This document shows positions 46,217-56,869 of a DNA stretch of 64,000 nt, piece by piece. This DNA comes from Bdellovibrionota bacterium (GTDB lineage Bacteria; Bdellovibrionota; Bdellovibrionia; Bdellovibrionales; JAEYZS01). The DNA is taken from NCBI GenBank assembly GCA_963169515.1, contig CAUJEF010000007.1:12546-76545 (forward strand), read 5' to 3'. Position numbers and translations under genes: made by a program. The notes under the pieces are model-generated. The model worked only from the letters and a program-made list of their open reading frames with translations. It was not told the DNA's origin and ran no database searches. Each line of letters starts with the position of its first letter. Positions within the stretch are counted from its first letter, which is position 1.

Positions 46217-46632
46217 TATTGTGATTTCGGTATTGTAATTAGGCCAATGCTATGAATTCCCGCTGCCTTAAGCTCCCCCATCGCTTCGGCGACAACGCCA
46301 TAGTCCACCTTTTTATCTGCCTGGATATACAGTTGCTTGTTTTTCCGTGTTTCAAAAATCGCTTTAATTTTATCTTTCAGCGTGTCCAGAGAAAGCTCAG
46401 CTGTTCCAGCTAAAATTCTTTTGTCGGATTTGATTACAAGAATAAACGGTTCGTCATTTGTGCTGACGCCAGAGTTTGCCGTTTCCGGCAGATCGACTTC
46501 AAGCCCTTGCTGCATCATTGGGGCCGTAATCATAAAAATAATCAGCAACACAAGCATGACGTCAACCAGGGGCGTGACGTTAATTTCGCTTAGTACGGTT
46601 CTGCCATTTCTGTTGCCAGACGACATGGCCAT
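46216..46632 (-). CDS. tolR: TolR (ExbD family)
   Basis: 138 aa. It has EINVTPLVDVMLVLLIIFMITAP. Confidence 0.85.
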   Translation of the reverse strand: MAMSSGNRNGRTVLSEINVTPLVDVMLVLLIIFMITAPMMQQGLEVDLPETANSGVSTNDEPFILVIKSDKRILAGTAELSLDTLKDKIKAIFETRKNKQLYIQADKKVDYGVVAEAMGELKAAGIHSIGLITIPKSQ

Positions 46633-46643
46633 AGGGGGGCTCC

Positions 46644-47375
46644 TTAGTCTTCCTTAAAAAAGTTTCTTTTAACAATATTTAAAAAATCTGATGAAAAATT
46701 TGAAAGCTCCAGCTCTTCCTTCTTTAAAATGGTCAAGAAATGATTGTAGGCCACGACAGCGGGGATGGCGGTTGCAAGGCCAATCGCCGTTGCAACCAGG
46801 GCCTCTGATATGCCGGGGGCAACCACGGCTAATGAAGCGACGCCCGTTGTTCCAATTTTATGAAACGAATTCATAATTCCCCATACTGTTCCGAATAGGC
46901 CGATGAACGGACTAATGCTTCCCGTTGTTGCAAGAAAATTCAATTTGCTTTCAAAGTTTGCAATTTCCAGGTCCACTGATTTTCTTAGGGCTCGATTGAT
47001 ATTGTCAATGCCTTGAAGCTTTGGGGCCTTATTTCCACCCTTTTGTGCTAGATCAGATTCGGCCAACCGCTGCAGCTCTTTAAACCCAGCCTGAAACGCT
47101 TGCGCTATGGGGCTGTCTTCATATTTTGAAATTTTTGAAAAAATCTCGTCAAAGGAAGTGGCCTTCCAAAAAAAATCCAAGAAGGCCTCATTGCGTGAGG
47201 ATACGGATTGGAAATACTTTTTCTTTGTAAAAATAATTGCCCAGGAAACAACGGACATAACGACCAAGGTAAGTAGGGTCAACTGCACTATCGCGCTCGC
47301 GCTTGCAATTGCGTTCAATGCGCCCGTGTTCACGGCTACTTTTTTTACGTCTTCTGCCCAAGCTATTTCGATCAC
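46644..47375 (-). CDS. tolQ: TolQ (MotA/ExbB family)
   Basis: 243 aa. It has ISPFIGLFGTVWGIMNSF and ALVATAIGLATAIPAVVAYN. Confidence 0.85.
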   Translation of the reverse strand: MIEIAWAEDVKKVAVNTGALNAIASASAIVQLTLLTLVVMSVVSWAIIFTKKKYFQSVSSRNEAFLDFFWKATSFDEIFSKISKYEDSPIAQAFQAGFKELQRLAESDLAQKGGNKAPKLQGIDNINRALRKSVDLEIANFESKLNFLATTGSISPFIGLFGTVWGIMNSFHKIGTTGVASLAVVAPGISEALVATAIGLATAIPAVVAYNHFLTILKKEELELSNFSSDFLNIVKRNFFKED

Positions 47376-47450
47376 GATGCCTCCGGAATCTAAGTTCTAT
47401 TAAAAAATGCTAATGGTATATGGCGGATTAGGCAAGAAAAGCGCTGCGCT

Positions 47451-48398
47451 TCAATTTTTAATTTGTTCGAAGATTGCCCGTGGTTTGTCAGTCGCAATAC
47501 CGTCAATGTGATCGAGCCTTAAATTATCAAGATCAGATTTTTCATTAACTATGCGAACATAAATTTTTTTTTCGCGCTTGTGAATTTCGTTGATTAGTTC
47601 TGCCGAGAGAACGGGTACCGAATCGTATTTTTTGGGGACAAAGTAAGCATCTGCGCGCATGGGGTCTAGACCGATCCACCCTAGTGAAATTAAAATTGTC
47701 AGCCGCAATACCTCATCTTGGCTTGCGCCAAGAAAAACTCTTGGATCAAGCTGTCTTAAATATTTTAACGGCTGGTTATTTTCGGCGGTGATAATTGTTC
47801 GCGGGAAGGCATTGTTGTCATTTACAATATTGTAGACTAGGATGGCGAGCTCTTTGTAGCGTTGCCCCAGTTCAATGATAAATCTTTGCTTCGGAAACCT
47901 TTTTATAACCTCTTCCAAGAATGGAATTTCAACTTTTGAATCATGGTATGGGTTTTTTCCGGTATCGTCTTTGAACTTTGCGGCGGCATTTAGTTGCTTT
48001 AATTCACTACCTGTTTTTTTCCAAACAAGACCTGACCCGTCTGTTGTACGCGCTAAATTTTCATCAAAAAAAACGACAACTTTTTTATCAACGCTGATTT
48101 GTGTATTCAGATGAAGAATAACGTCGGGGTTCACGTTCACGGCCTTTTCAAAGGCACTCAAAGTATTTTCAGGAGCCTCGAGGCCCCCTCCTCGATAGGC
48201 GATAATTTCAAAATGGTCCCGAAAAAAAGGAACCTCGCGAATAGCATATGTTCGATTTTGGGCTTTGTAATGTAGACTTGCCCACACCATAAAGCTTATA
48301 AGAAAAACAAAGAATACAACTTTTAAAATTTTAATCATAAACTTAAATAAAATTAAGGGCTTATCATGGTAGGCCGAATTAAAATTAAAATACGTCAA
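47451..48398 (-). CDS. Glycerophosphodiester phosphodiesterase-family protein (membrane-anchored)
   Basis: It has AYRGGGLEAPENTLSAFEKA (GDPD HR..PENT-like, with H replaced by Y) and an N-terminal TM segment. The start may be the internal Met at 48338. Confidence 0.6.
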   Translation of the reverse strand: MTYFNFNSAYHDKPLILFKFMIKILKVVFFVFLISFMVWASLHYKAQNRTYAIREVPFFRDHFEIIAYRGGGLEAPENTLSAFEKAVNVNPDVILHLNTQISVDKKVVVFFDENLARTTDGSGLVWKKTGSELKQLNAAAKFKDDTGKNPYHDSKVEIPFLEEVIKRFPKQRFIIELGQRYKELAILVYNIVNDNNAFPRTIITAENNQPLKYLRQLDPRVFLGASQDEVLRLTILISLGWIGLDPMRADAYFVPKKYDSVPVLSAELINEIHKREKKIYVRIVNEKSDLDNLRLDHIDGIATDKPRAIFEQIKN

Positions 48399-48401
48399 AC
48401 T

Positions 48402-48430
48402 TTGACTTATTTCGTGGTTTCTTATATCTA
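48402..48430 (+). promoter_or_regulatory. Candidate sigma-70 promoter for suf operon
   Basis: TTGACT is followed by a 17-nt spacer and TATCTA, ~50 nt upstream of the Rrf2 gene start. Confidence 0.3.
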
Positions 48431-48480
48431 TACGCTGTTCTCATCTCGTTTTCAACAATGAAACGGAAAAGGAAGGCATT

Positions 48481-48933
48481 TTGCTTAGGCTAAGCCGAAA
48501 AATGGAATACGCGTTGATGTCTTTGAAGCATGTAGCGATACAGCCAGTGGGCCATCTAACAACAGCAAAAGAAATTTCACTATCGAAAAACATTCCATTT
48601 GATGTGACGTCGCGAGTCTTGCAAATCATGGCCCGAGAAAAAATTCTAGAATCCATCCAGGGGGTTCAGGGCGGATATAAATTGAGCCGGAGCCCGGCAG
48701 CGATATCACTTTTTGAGCTGGGCGAGATGATCGAAGGGCCGTTGGGGCTTGTCAGGTGTTTAAGCGCTACAAATAACGAATGTGAATTCATAGGGACTTG
48801 TAATGTTCATTCACCGCTATCTGTTTTGAACAAGAAGATGTTGGAATTTTGTAAAACAATTTCTGTAGCGGAAATGATCGGTGTTGCGCCCCCTCAAAAA
48901 AGCATTCATTCGATGAGAGAAGGAACTTTATGA
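48481..48933 (+). CDS. Rrf2-family (IscR/SufR-like) Fe-S regulator
   Basis: TTG start. It has [15 protein letters not shown], a winged HTH and a Cys cluster [15 protein letters not shown]. It is the first gene of the suf operon. Confidence 0.8.
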   Translation: MLRLSRKMEYALMSLKHVAIQPVGHLTTAKEISLSKNIPFDVTSRVLQIMAREKILESIQGVQGGYKLSRSPAAISLFELGEMIEGPLGLVRCLSATNNECEFIGTCNVHSPLSVLNKKMLEFCKTISVAEMIGVAPPQKSIHSMREGTL

Positions 48934-50357
48934 GGCCACAAGTTTTAGAAAAAGAGTATAAATACGGGTTTCATACCAAGATCGCCGTAGAAGAAGCGCC
49001 GAAGGGCCTGAACGAAGATATTATACGTTTTATTTCTACCAAGAAAAATGAACCAGATTTCGTTTTACAATTTCGCTTGAAAGCGTTCGAATATTGGAAA
49101 AAGATTGTCGAACCCAAATGGGCGCTAGTAAATTATCCGCCGATTGATTACCAGGATATTCGTTATTATTCGGTGCCGAAAACTAAAAAGGCTCCGAAAT
49201 CGTTAGAAGATCTGGACCCTGAATTGCTAAAAACATTCGAGCGCTTGGGGATACCGCTTACAGAACAAAAAAGAATTTCTGGCGTCGCTGTAGATGCCGT
49301 ATTCGACAGTGTATCCCTGGGAACAACGCACAAAGAGGTACTGGAAAAGCATGGGGTTGTTTTCTGTTCGATCTCTGAAGCCATTCAGACCCGCCCGGAT
49401 ATTGTAAAAAAATACTTAGGATCAGTCGTTCCATACACAGACAATTATTTTGCGACACTAAATTCAGCCGTGTTTACGGATGGGTCGTTTGTATATATTC
49501 CCAAGGGCGTTCGGTGTCCGCTGGATCTTTCAACCTATTTTCGGATTAATAATAAAGAATCGGGGCAGTTCGAGCGAACTTTGATCGTGGCAGAAGAAGG
49601 CAGCTACGTAAATTATCTGGAGGGATGCACAGCCCCGAGCTATGACAATAACCAGTTACACGCGGCCGTTGTGGAGCTAGTTGCGCTTGATAATGCGGAA
49701 ATAAAGTATTCTACGGTTCAAAATTGGTACTCTGGCGACGTTAACGGCCAAGGTGGCGTTTACAATTTTGTTACCAAGCGAGGATTGTGTAAAGGTGTGA
49801 ATTCAAAAATTTCTTGGACACAGGTGGAGGCCGGGGCAGCCATTACATGGAAATACCCAAGTTGTATTTTACAGGGTGATAACTCTGTTGGGGCTTTTTA
49901 TTCCGTTGCGCTGACCAACGGAAAAATGCAGGCCGACACGGGAACAAAAATGATTCATATTGGAAAAAACACAAAAAGCACAATTATTTCTAAGGGTATT
50001 TCTGCAAACGAATCTTCAAATGTCTATAGAGGATTGGTGAAGGTAATGCCGTCGGCAGAAAATGCTCGAAACTATTCTCAATGTGACTCTATGCTTGTTG
50101 AAAATAAAGCCACGGCACATACCCATCCTTATATAGAAGTAAATAACAAGACGGCAATTGTTGAACATGAGGCATCGACTTCGAAAATAAGTGCAGACCA
50201 ACTGTTTTATTTAGAGAGCCGAGGTTTTGATGTCGAATCTGCAATTTCTTTGTTGGTAAATGGATTTTGCAAAGATGTATTCAAGCAACTTCCTCTGGAG
50301 TTTTCTGTTGAGGCTGTTAAATTAATCGAAATGAAATTGGAAAACAGTATAGGATAA
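48930..50357 (+). CDS. sufB: Fe-S cluster assembly scaffold SufB
   Basis: 475 aa with the typical SufB beta-helix region ([12 protein letters not shown]..., [14 protein letters not shown]). It lies upstream of sufC. Confidence 0.95.
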   Translation: MRPQVLEKEYKYGFHTKIAVEEAPKGLNEDIIRFISTKKNEPDFVLQFRLKAFEYWKKIVEPKWALVNYPPIDYQDIRYYSVPKTKKAPKSLEDLDPELLKTFERLGIPLTEQKRISGVAVDAVFDSVSLGTTHKEVLEKHGVVFCSISEAIQTRPDIVKKYLGSVVPYTDNYFATLNSAVFTDGSFVYIPKGVRCPLDLSTYFRINNKESGQFERTLIVAEEGSYVNYLEGCTAPSYDNNQLHAAVVELVALDNAEIKYSTVQNWYSGDVNGQGGVYNFVTKRGLCKGVNSKISWTQVEAGAAITWKYPSCILQGDNSVGAFYSVALTNGKMQADTGTKMIHIGKNTKSTIISKGISANESSNVYRGLVKVMPSAENARNYSQCDSMLVENKATAHTHPYIEVNNKTAIVEHEASTSKISADQLFYLESRGFDVESAISLLVNGFCKDVFKQLPLEFSVEAVKLIEMKLENSIG

Positions 50358-50359
50358 AT

Positions 50360-51115
50360 ATGTTAGATATTAAAAATATTCATGCAAGCATTAATGGCAA
50401 AGAGGTCCTCAAGGGTTTGAATTTAACCTTTAGGCCTGGAGAGGTCCACGCGATTATGGGGCCGAATGGCTCTGGGAAAAGCACCTTGGCAAAGGTTGTG
50501 GCAGGACATCCCGAATACCAAGTTACCGAAGGCGAAATCGAATACGAAGTTAATTTTAGGAAGAAAGATTTAAAAGCGATGGAAGCCTATGAGCGCGCAC
50601 GAGAAGGGATATTTTTAGCATTTCAATACCCGGTAGAGGTTCCGGGCGTATCAAACATCCACTTATTGCACTCTGCCTTTAATATGGTTTGCAAGCACCA
50701 GGGCGTAGAAGAGATGAGCCAGGGAGAATTTCGTAAATTTATAGAAAAGAAATGTGAGATGTTGGAATTAAAACCGCAGTTTTTAGATCGATCGGTAAAC
50801 GAAGGATTTTCTGGGGGCGAAAAAAAGAAAAATGAAATTTTACAAATGGCCGTACTGAATCCTCGCGTAGCTGTTCTGGATGAAACAGATTCGGGTCTTG
50901 ATATTGATGCGTTGAAGATCGTAGCCGGTGGAATTAATCGGCTCAAAAATCAAGAAAACTGCATTGTGCTAATAACTCACTATCAAAGGCTATTGCAGTA
51001 TGTTGTTCCAGATTACGTACATATTCTTAGTGATGGAAAGATTATTAAGACGGGCGATAAAGCCCTTGCTTTAAAACTAGAAGAAGAAGGATACGATTGG
51101 CTAATCAAGAGCTAG
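50360..51115 (+). CDS. sufC: Fe-S cluster assembly ATPase SufC
   Basis: It has [22 protein letters not shown] and [14 protein letters not shown]. Confidence 0.95.
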   Translation: MLDIKNIHASINGKEVLKGLNLTFRPGEVHAIMGPNGSGKSTLAKVVAGHPEYQVTEGEIEYEVNFRKKDLKAMEAYERAREGIFLAFQYPVEVPGVSNIHLLHSAFNMVCKHQGVEEMSQGEFRKFIEKKCEMLELKPQFLDRSVNEGFSGGEKKKNEILQMAVLNPRVAVLDETDSGLDIDALKIVAGGINRLKNQENCIVLITHYQRLLQYVVPDYVHILSDGKIIKTGDKALALKLEEEGYDWLIKS

Positions 51116-52368
51116 CAACAACGAATTTCCAGTCTCTGCTTGAGACCGTGTTGCCTTTTTCAGGAAAGGTTGAGGCATCATATCGTCTGAATGGACTTAA
51201 AAACTTCTCCTTTCCGACAAAAAAAGAAGACGACTGGAGATACAGCCCCACAAAAAGCATTTCTGGATTAAAGATCGAAAGTTTTCATGGGAAGACGTTT
51301 GAAGATGTTTTGGCCCCCGCTTCGACGCGAGACGCGATTGAAGTTGTGTTTGTAAATGGATTTTATTCTGAAAAATTATCTAAATTAAAGGGCCTGTACC
51401 CAGACGTACGCATTAGTATTTTTAAAAAGGCCTTAGAGGAAAATAAAATTCAACCGTTGGAAGAAAAGTGGTTTCGCGCTTTAAACCAGGCTTTTTTTGA
51501 AAATGGTGTTTATCTTGAAATTCAAAAAGAAGTTAGGCTGAAAACGCCTATTGTAATTCGTCATTTGACGAATACAAAGGCGCGAAACTTTATGGCAAGC
51601 CCAAGGGTCTTTGTTCGCGTATTACCGTTTAGCTCGGCGGAGATCGTTGAAATTTTTGAAGATGGATCTACGGGGGAATATTTCGTTAATGACATTTGCG
51701 ACTTTGAAGTATTCCCAGGAGCCCAGATTCATCATTTAAGAATTTTAAACAGCAGTGAACGGTCCACGCATACGGGACATATGCGCTTTGAAATGTATCG
51801 TGACAGTGAACTTAATTCTTGCGTACTTTCGACAGGAGGAGCCCTCTCCAGGACCCAGGTTGACGTAGTACTGAAAGAGCAGGGCGCACAAGCAAACTTG
51901 TCCGGCTTGAACTTATTGGCAGATGTGCGAAAAACAGAAAATCATGTTTCCGTTGTCCATGCCGCAGAAGGAACGATCAGTCGACAGGAATTTAAATCTA
52001 TTTTAACAGGCAGCTCCCACGGCGTCTTCCAAGGGAAGGTAAATATATTGCCTGTGGCCCAAAAATCAGTTTCAGAACAGTTGAATAAGAATTTGATATT
52101 GGGCGATAAGGCCCATGTCGATACAAAGCCGCAATTGGATGTAGGGGCCGATGATGTCAAGGCGACCCATGGGGCGACGGTGGGACAACTGGATCCAGAA
52201 GAAGTGTTTTATTTGCAAACGCGAGGATTTTCCCCAGGGCAGTCCAAATCATTGATTTGCCGCGGATTTGCTCTGAGCATATTGGATACGATTAAAAGCA
52301 AATGGATTTGCGAGAATGTAAAAAATTGGCTTGAACAATCGGTTTCAACATATACAGAAGGTGTTTGA
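51097..52368 (+). CDS. sufD: Fe-S cluster assembly protein SufD
   Basis: 423 aa. The C-terminal region [26 protein letters not shown] is typical of SufD. The TTG start lies inside the sufC 3' end. Confidence 0.85.
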   Translation: MANQELATTNFQSLLETVLPFSGKVEASYRLNGLKNFSFPTKKEDDWRYSPTKSISGLKIESFHGKTFEDVLAPASTRDAIEVVFVNGFYSEKLSKLKGLYPDVRISIFKKALEENKIQPLEEKWFRALNQAFFENGVYLEIQKEVRLKTPIVIRHLTNTKARNFMASPRVFVRVLPFSSAEIVEIFEDGSTGEYFVNDICDFEVFPGAQIHHLRILNSSERSTHTGHMRFEMYRDSELNSCVLSTGGALSRTQVDVVLKEQGAQANLSGLNLLADVRKTENHVSVVHAAEGTISRQEFKSILTGSSHGVFQGKVNILPVAQKSVSEQLNKNLILGDKAHVDTKPQLDVGADDVKATHGATVGQLDPEEVFYLQTRGFSPGQSKSLICRGFALSILDTIKSKWICENVKNWLEQSVSTYTEGV

Positions 52369-53593
52369 GTTGAGCTTTAACGCAGACTTAATAAGACGGC
52401 AATTTCCTATCCTTGAATGTAAAGTTCACGGTAAGCCCTTGGTTTATTTTGATAGCGCCGCAACAGCCCTGAAACCTATGACAGTCGTGGATCGAATTAA
52501 TGAACACTATCTTTATGAGGCCTCAAATGTTCATCGAGGCCTACATTTTTTAAGCGATCAAGCTACGCAGTATTTCGAAGATTCACGCGCACGAGTTGCG
52601 GGGTTTATAAATGCATCGGCTGTAAACGAAGTTGTTTTCACGGCAGGGACAACTGCGAGCGTAAACTTTGTATCGCAAGCATTTGGGCGTGCGCTTTTAA
52701 AAAAAAATGATGAGGTTCTGGTTTCAGAAATTGAACATCATTCCAACTTTGTCCCCTGGCAAAAGGTTGCACAGCAGACGGGATCAAAATTTGAAGTTTT
52801 TGAAATTAATAAAGATGGATCATTTAATTTAGAAAACTTTTTAAACAAGCTGAATTCTAACACAAAAATTGTGTCCGTTTCCCATGTGTCAAATACTTTG
52901 GGGACAGTGTTTCCGGTTAAAGAAATAATTAAACATGCAAAAAAAATTGGCGCATTTGTTTTTGTTGACGGGGCACAGGCCGTCCCACATCAATCAGTTG
53001 ATGTAAAGGATTTGGACTGTGACTTTTATGCCTTTTCGGGGCACAAGCTTTATGGGCCGACGGGCATTGGGGTTCTTTATATAAAAAGCAATCTTCAGGA
53101 TAAAATGGAACCCTATCAAATGGGGGGTGGAATGGTTGACAAAGTTGAGCAAGCAATCACCACTTATCAAGATGCCCCTTATAAATTTGAAGCAGGAACG
53201 CCACATATTGCTGGGGCCGTTGGCCTTGCGGCAGCGATAGAGTTTGTGAATGAAATTGGGATCGATAGTATTTCAGAAAAGGAACAGGAGTTGCTGGTTT
53301 ATGCCACCAAGATTATTTCAGAAATACCAAGCGTGAAGCAAATTGGAACTGCTCCGGGCAAGGGACCGATTCTTTCTTTTGTTATTGAGGGGACACATCC
53401 GAGCGACGTTGCTACGTTGTTGGACCAAGAGGGCATTGCAGTGAGAGCGGGCCATCATTGCACGCAGCCGTTGATGAAAAAATATGGAATACCAGGCACC
53501 GTCCGGGCTTCTTTTTCCATGTACAATACGACGGATGAAATGGATTATTTTGGAAAAACATTAAAAAAAATTGTAGGAATTCTGAAAGATTAG
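52361..53593 (+). CDS. sufS: Cysteine desulfurase SufS
   Basis: It has FSGHKLYGPTGIGVLY (PLP Lys) and RAGHHCTQP (catalytic Cys). The start is ambiguous among GTG 52361, TTG 52370 and ATG 52331 (inside sufD). Confidence 0.9.
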   Translation: MFELSFNADLIRRQFPILECKVHGKPLVYFDSAATALKPMTVVDRINEHYLYEASNVHRGLHFLSDQATQYFEDSRARVAGFINASAVNEVVFTAGTTASVNFVSQAFGRALLKKNDEVLVSEIEHHSNFVPWQKVAQQTGSKFEVFEINKDGSFNLENFLNKLNSNTKIVSVSHVSNTLGTVFPVKEIIKHAKKIGAFVFVDGAQAVPHQSVDVKDLDCDFYAFSGHKLYGPTGIGVLYIKSNLQDKMEPYQMGGGMVDKVEQAITTYQDAPYKFEAGTPHIAGAVGLAAAIEFVNEIGIDSISEKEQELLVYATKIISEIPSVKQIGTAPGKGPILSFVIEGTHPSDVATLLDQEGIAVRAGHHCTQPLMKKYGIPGTVRASFSMYNTTDEMDYFGKTLKKIVGILKD

Positions 53594-53596
53594 TTT

Positions 53597-54145
53597 ATGA
53601 GCATACAAATTTACACACAGCGAACACCAAATCCAAAATCACTTAAATTTATTGTGAACCGAGAGATCATTTCTAATGGCAAGGCTGTGTTTTCATCTGT
53701 CGAGGAATGTGGCGATATTTTACTTGCAAAAGACTTGCTAGCTCTCCCCAGTGTTACGCAAATATATTTTTTTGAAAATATGATTACGGTAACACAGTCT
53801 AATGAGGAATGGGATGAACTGCAACTTCAAGTGCGTTCTGTGATCCAAACGCGAATAATAATGCATAACCCAGAAATTATAAAAAAGGGGGATAAGGTCA
53901 TTGATCGATCTACGCTTTCGCCTGAGCTACAGAAGATCGAGGAAATTTTAGATCGCACAATTCGCCCTGGGTTAAAAAGCGATGGCGGGGACCTTGATGT
54001 TGTAAGCCTTGAAAATAATGAACTGATCGTAAGGTATCAAGGGGCGTGTGGAACCTGTCCGAGCTCGACAGCAGGAACGCTGTACGCAATCGAAGACATA
54101 CTCCGGCGCGAATACCACCCCGAACTCCGAGTCCTGCCCGAATAG
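53597..54145 (+). CDS. Nfu/NifU-type Fe-S carrier (Nfu_N + NifU C-domain)
   Basis: 182 aa. It has N-terminal TPNPKSLKF and C-terminal IRPGLKSDGGDLDVV...GACGTCPSS. Confidence 0.85.
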   Translation: MSIQIYTQRTPNPKSLKFIVNREIISNGKAVFSSVEECGDILLAKDLLALPSVTQIYFFENMITVTQSNEEWDELQLQVRSVIQTRIIMHNPEIIKKGDKVIDRSTLSPELQKIEEILDRTIRPGLKSDGGDLDVVSLENNELIVRYQGACGTCPSSTAGTLYAIEDILRREYHPELRVLPE

Positions 54146-54188
54146 AATAGGTGCCAGGCACCCGGACAACGGGTGCCTGGCACCTATT
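54146..54188. terminator. Perfect 19-bp stem hairpin, bidirectional terminator
   Basis: aataggtgccaggcacccg-gacaa-cgggtgcctggcacctatt is followed by ...tttttt. It lies between convergent genes. The stop of the 54184..54738 gene lies inside the right arm. Confidence 0.75.
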
Positions 54189-54738
54189 GCATTATTTTTT
54201 GATTTTCTTTTTTTAGGTCAAATTCAAAGGCCGCTTTTGTGCGCTTAAATTTATTTGTTGGCTCTTCTGGTTTGTTTACTTGAAAGCTTTTAACGCCACC
54301 GAGCTTAACTCCATTTTGGTAATAGAAAGCCTCAAGAGTAATATTTGTAATAGCGTTGGGATCTTCTAGACCGATTTCAACTTCGATATCATTTACCTCA
54401 TCAATGAATAAAGCTCCGTTCGCGTCGCCTTGATAAATTGTTGCGCTGGCGGGTAGGTTCCAAACATATTGAATTTCGCTGATGTCGTCAGATCCTGCCA
54501 GGATGGAAGTTCTTAAAATGAACGTATCGTGTCCGGTCCTTTCAATTGGCTTTGTGCGAAAGCGGAGTGATGCACGAGGTTTCTCATAGCCGACAATATC
54601 TTTTTTAAATTGAGTGCGCTTGTGTTCTGGAATAGATGCTGGTGCTCGTCGGCCTTGCGAAACAAAAAAATATGCGATGAGGGCGGCCACAAGAGTGCCT
54701 AGCGCAATGGTTATTTTCATATTTTTGCTTATGGACAT
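54184..54738 (-). CDS. Membrane-anchored hypothetical protein
   Basis: 184 aa with an N-terminal TM segment (ITIALGTLVAALIAYFFV). A 10-nt overlap links it to the upstream protease gene. I recognise no motif. Confidence 0.5.
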   Translation of the reverse strand: MSISKNMKITIALGTLVAALIAYFFVSQGRRAPASIPEHKRTQFKKDIVGYEKPRASLRFRTKPIERTGHDTFILRTSILAGSDDISEIQYVWNLPASATIYQGDANGALFIDEVNDIEVEIGLEDPNAITNITLEAFYYQNGVKLGGVKSFQVNKPEEPTNKFKRTKAAFEFDLKKENQKIMQ

Positions 54739-56471
54739 GATGCCCCCCCGACTGTCAGATCATAAGTTAATGCAGGCCAGGGGGTGCCTGTTCCGCCGGT
54801 GTAATAATTCACGTTAACTAAATAATAGCCTGCGGGTGCAGAAACTGAGATTGCTTCAGCAGAAGAAGGCCCGCCGGAGGGATCACTTGCACTAACAGCA
54901 AGCGTACCCGTGGAGGGATAGTTTCCGAAACTGTATCCCTCTTTGTAAATCCACAGGTCTAAATCTCGGGATCCAGAGTTGTATGAGAGATTTACGGTCA
55001 TTGTACCACCCGGATGATTAACCAGGTAAAAATCATTTGAATCAAACTGATTTGATGTTCCGTAAGAACCGTCTTCTGAGCTGTATGATGTGCCCACTCG
55101 TCTCGCCTGTATGGATACACCGCAGGCTTTGTTTGGCTGTGGAAAATCGCCAGCGTAATTGCTTCGATTCGCAAGTTGTCGTTTATCATTGTCATCAAAA
55201 ATAGTCGCAAGATCTGTGCGGCCTGCTAAATTGTCATGAAGGAATGTAAATAAACCGTAATCCCTGAAGGGCCCTCCGCCTGTTCTAAAAGAGCTTGTAA
55301 AAATGTGCCAAAATTCGCGAAACGGAGCCTGAATATTTTCCGAACCTCCGGCTCCACCTTCTAGCCCAGCGTCCATTGCATCCCACAGGGCGCGAGAGAT
55401 CGCAAACTCTCTGAAATTTCCTTCACCAGACAAGGTGGGCACGTCTTTGCTACAATCATTTGATTCTAAATTGCAGTTGAAATAGTTTCCCGAAGAGCCT
55501 TGGTCATTTCCGTAAGTGTCTTGATAAGTCGGATTTCCTGGAACCGTCGCAGAGAAAAAATCCGCCCACCCTTCGCCCCAGGCAAGACGTGGATCAATAA
55601 TTGCGTTTGCATCGTGTGACCCGCCAGGGGAATCTGTGTTTGAATAAATATCTTCAATGAAGTGCCCGTATTCATGCACGATGACAGAGTCGTCATAGTG
55701 ATCTGTGTCGTTGGTTTTCACATTCTCTAAGTTTTTTGAAGTATCTGAACCACCAAGGATATAAAGCTTGCTTGTTCCGGGAACGTAAAAGCTCAAACTG
55801 TTTGATGATCCAAACAAAGTCGCAGGGTTAAAACCGGGAGTCCAATAGGCCTGTACCTTTGGAGCTATGCTGAAATTTAAACAACCTGAAATGTGCGTAC
55901 TGCAATCATTGGCTTGGGTGTATAAATAAGCATTTGCTTTTACGATTTGATCAAAAATATTAAATGCTCCGCCCTCGATATTTCCGGTGGCTGAGGCTGT
56001 AATTGTGCCAACATTGACCGAGGCGGCGCTTGCGGCAAAAGCGGTAGAGATAGAATAAACCACATTTTCGCTCGGATTATTGAGCACGCTCGCACGAACC
56101 TTTGCATTGTAGCCACGAGAATTTACATAAACAGTATAGGTTCCCCCCTGTGGAACAAGAAATGTGAATCCGCCAGAGTTATCAGTTTCAGTACATTGAA
56201 TAATGCTACCGGTGGCATTTTTTACTTGAACTTCTGCATAACGAATAGGTTGCATTGTTGGAGAGGTTACGTTTAAGCCACTTGCGTTTAAGACGCCCTT
56301 TGCAAACTGGGCTGTCCCTGTGACAGTTGTTGTGCCGCTTGAATATGATGTGACGGCAGAGCAATATGACGACTCGGCAACAACCGAATCCGATGGATCT
56401 ATAATTTTTGTTTCACATCCCGCGAGGGTGATTGAAAACAACAGAATGCTGATACGGCCGTTCAGACGCAT
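54729..56471 (-). CDS. Secreted lipoprotein zinc metalloprotease (HExxH) with CarboxypepD_reg-like and PPC-like domains
   Basis: Lipobox ITLAGC. It has a beta-sandwich-like segment (GGFTFLVPQGGTYTVYVNSRGY), the zinc motif VIVHEYGHFIED with GEGWADFF downstream, and a C-terminal DFYLVNHPGGTMTVNLSYNSGSRDLDLWIYKEG (pre-peptidase C-terminal-like). Confidence 0.65.
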   Translation of the reverse strand: MRLNGRISILLFSITLAGCETKIIDPSDSVVAESSYCSAVTSYSSGTTTVTGTAQFAKGVLNASGLNVTSPTMQPIRYAEVQVKNATGSIIQCTETDNSGGFTFLVPQGGTYTVYVNSRGYNAKVRASVLNNPSENVVYSISTAFAASAASVNVGTITASATGNIEGGAFNIFDQIVKANAYLYTQANDCSTHISGCLNFSIAPKVQAYWTPGFNPATLFGSSNSLSFYVPGTSKLYILGGSDTSKNLENVKTNDTDHYDDSVIVHEYGHFIEDIYSNTDSPGGSHDANAIIDPRLAWGEGWADFFSATVPGNPTYQDTYGNDQGSSGNYFNCNLESNDCSKDVPTLSGEGNFREFAISRALWDAMDAGLEGGAGGSENIQAPFREFWHIFTSSFRTGGGPFRDYGLFTFLHDNLAGRTDLATIFDDNDKRQLANRSNYAGDFPQPNKACGVSIQARRVGTSYSSEDGSYGTSNQFDSNDFYLVNHPGGTMTVNLSYNSGSRDLDLWIYKEGYSFGNYPSTGTLAVSASDPSGGPSSAEAISVSAPAGYYLVNVNYYTGGTGTPWPALTYDLTVGGASCP

Positions 56472-56595
56472 TTCTACTTATCGGCTAAAAAATGAAGGCT
56501 CTAGATTACTTAACCGTAGAGGTGTTTAACTATGAGACAATACTGCGCCTTGAAAAGACTTGGAAAAAATGAACGCTTAAAATATTATCTTTCTC

Positions 56596-56850
56596 ATGCA
56601 AAAGGGCTACAATTCAGACGTCGAAATTTCGGGGGCTTCGTATCATGTTCAAACAGAGGATTGGGGTTTAAAGAATCCTTTTATTGTGACTCAGGTTTTT
56701 AAAAATGGCGCTGTTATTAAAAATATCAAAACCCCCTATCAGCAGGCTCTTTCAAGGGGACCTGTTTCGGACGAACGGGCCATTCGTCTTGCGATGAAAG
56801 ACCAACATCAGAAAATTCTAGACCACCTGCTTTCTGGCCAATCTCTGTAA
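56596..56850 (+). CDS. Small conserved-looking hypothetical protein (84 aa)
   Basis: It reads MQKGYNSDVEISGASYHVQTEDWGLKNPFIVTQVF... and is the first ORF of the ftsEX-envC-ctp co-directional block. No SD is obvious. Confidence 0.45.
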   Translation: MQKGYNSDVEISGASYHVQTEDWGLKNPFIVTQVFKNGAVIKNIKTPYQQALSRGPVSDERAIRLAMKDQHQKILDHLLSGQSL

Positions 56851-56869
56851 TCCCCGGTAGTATAGATAA

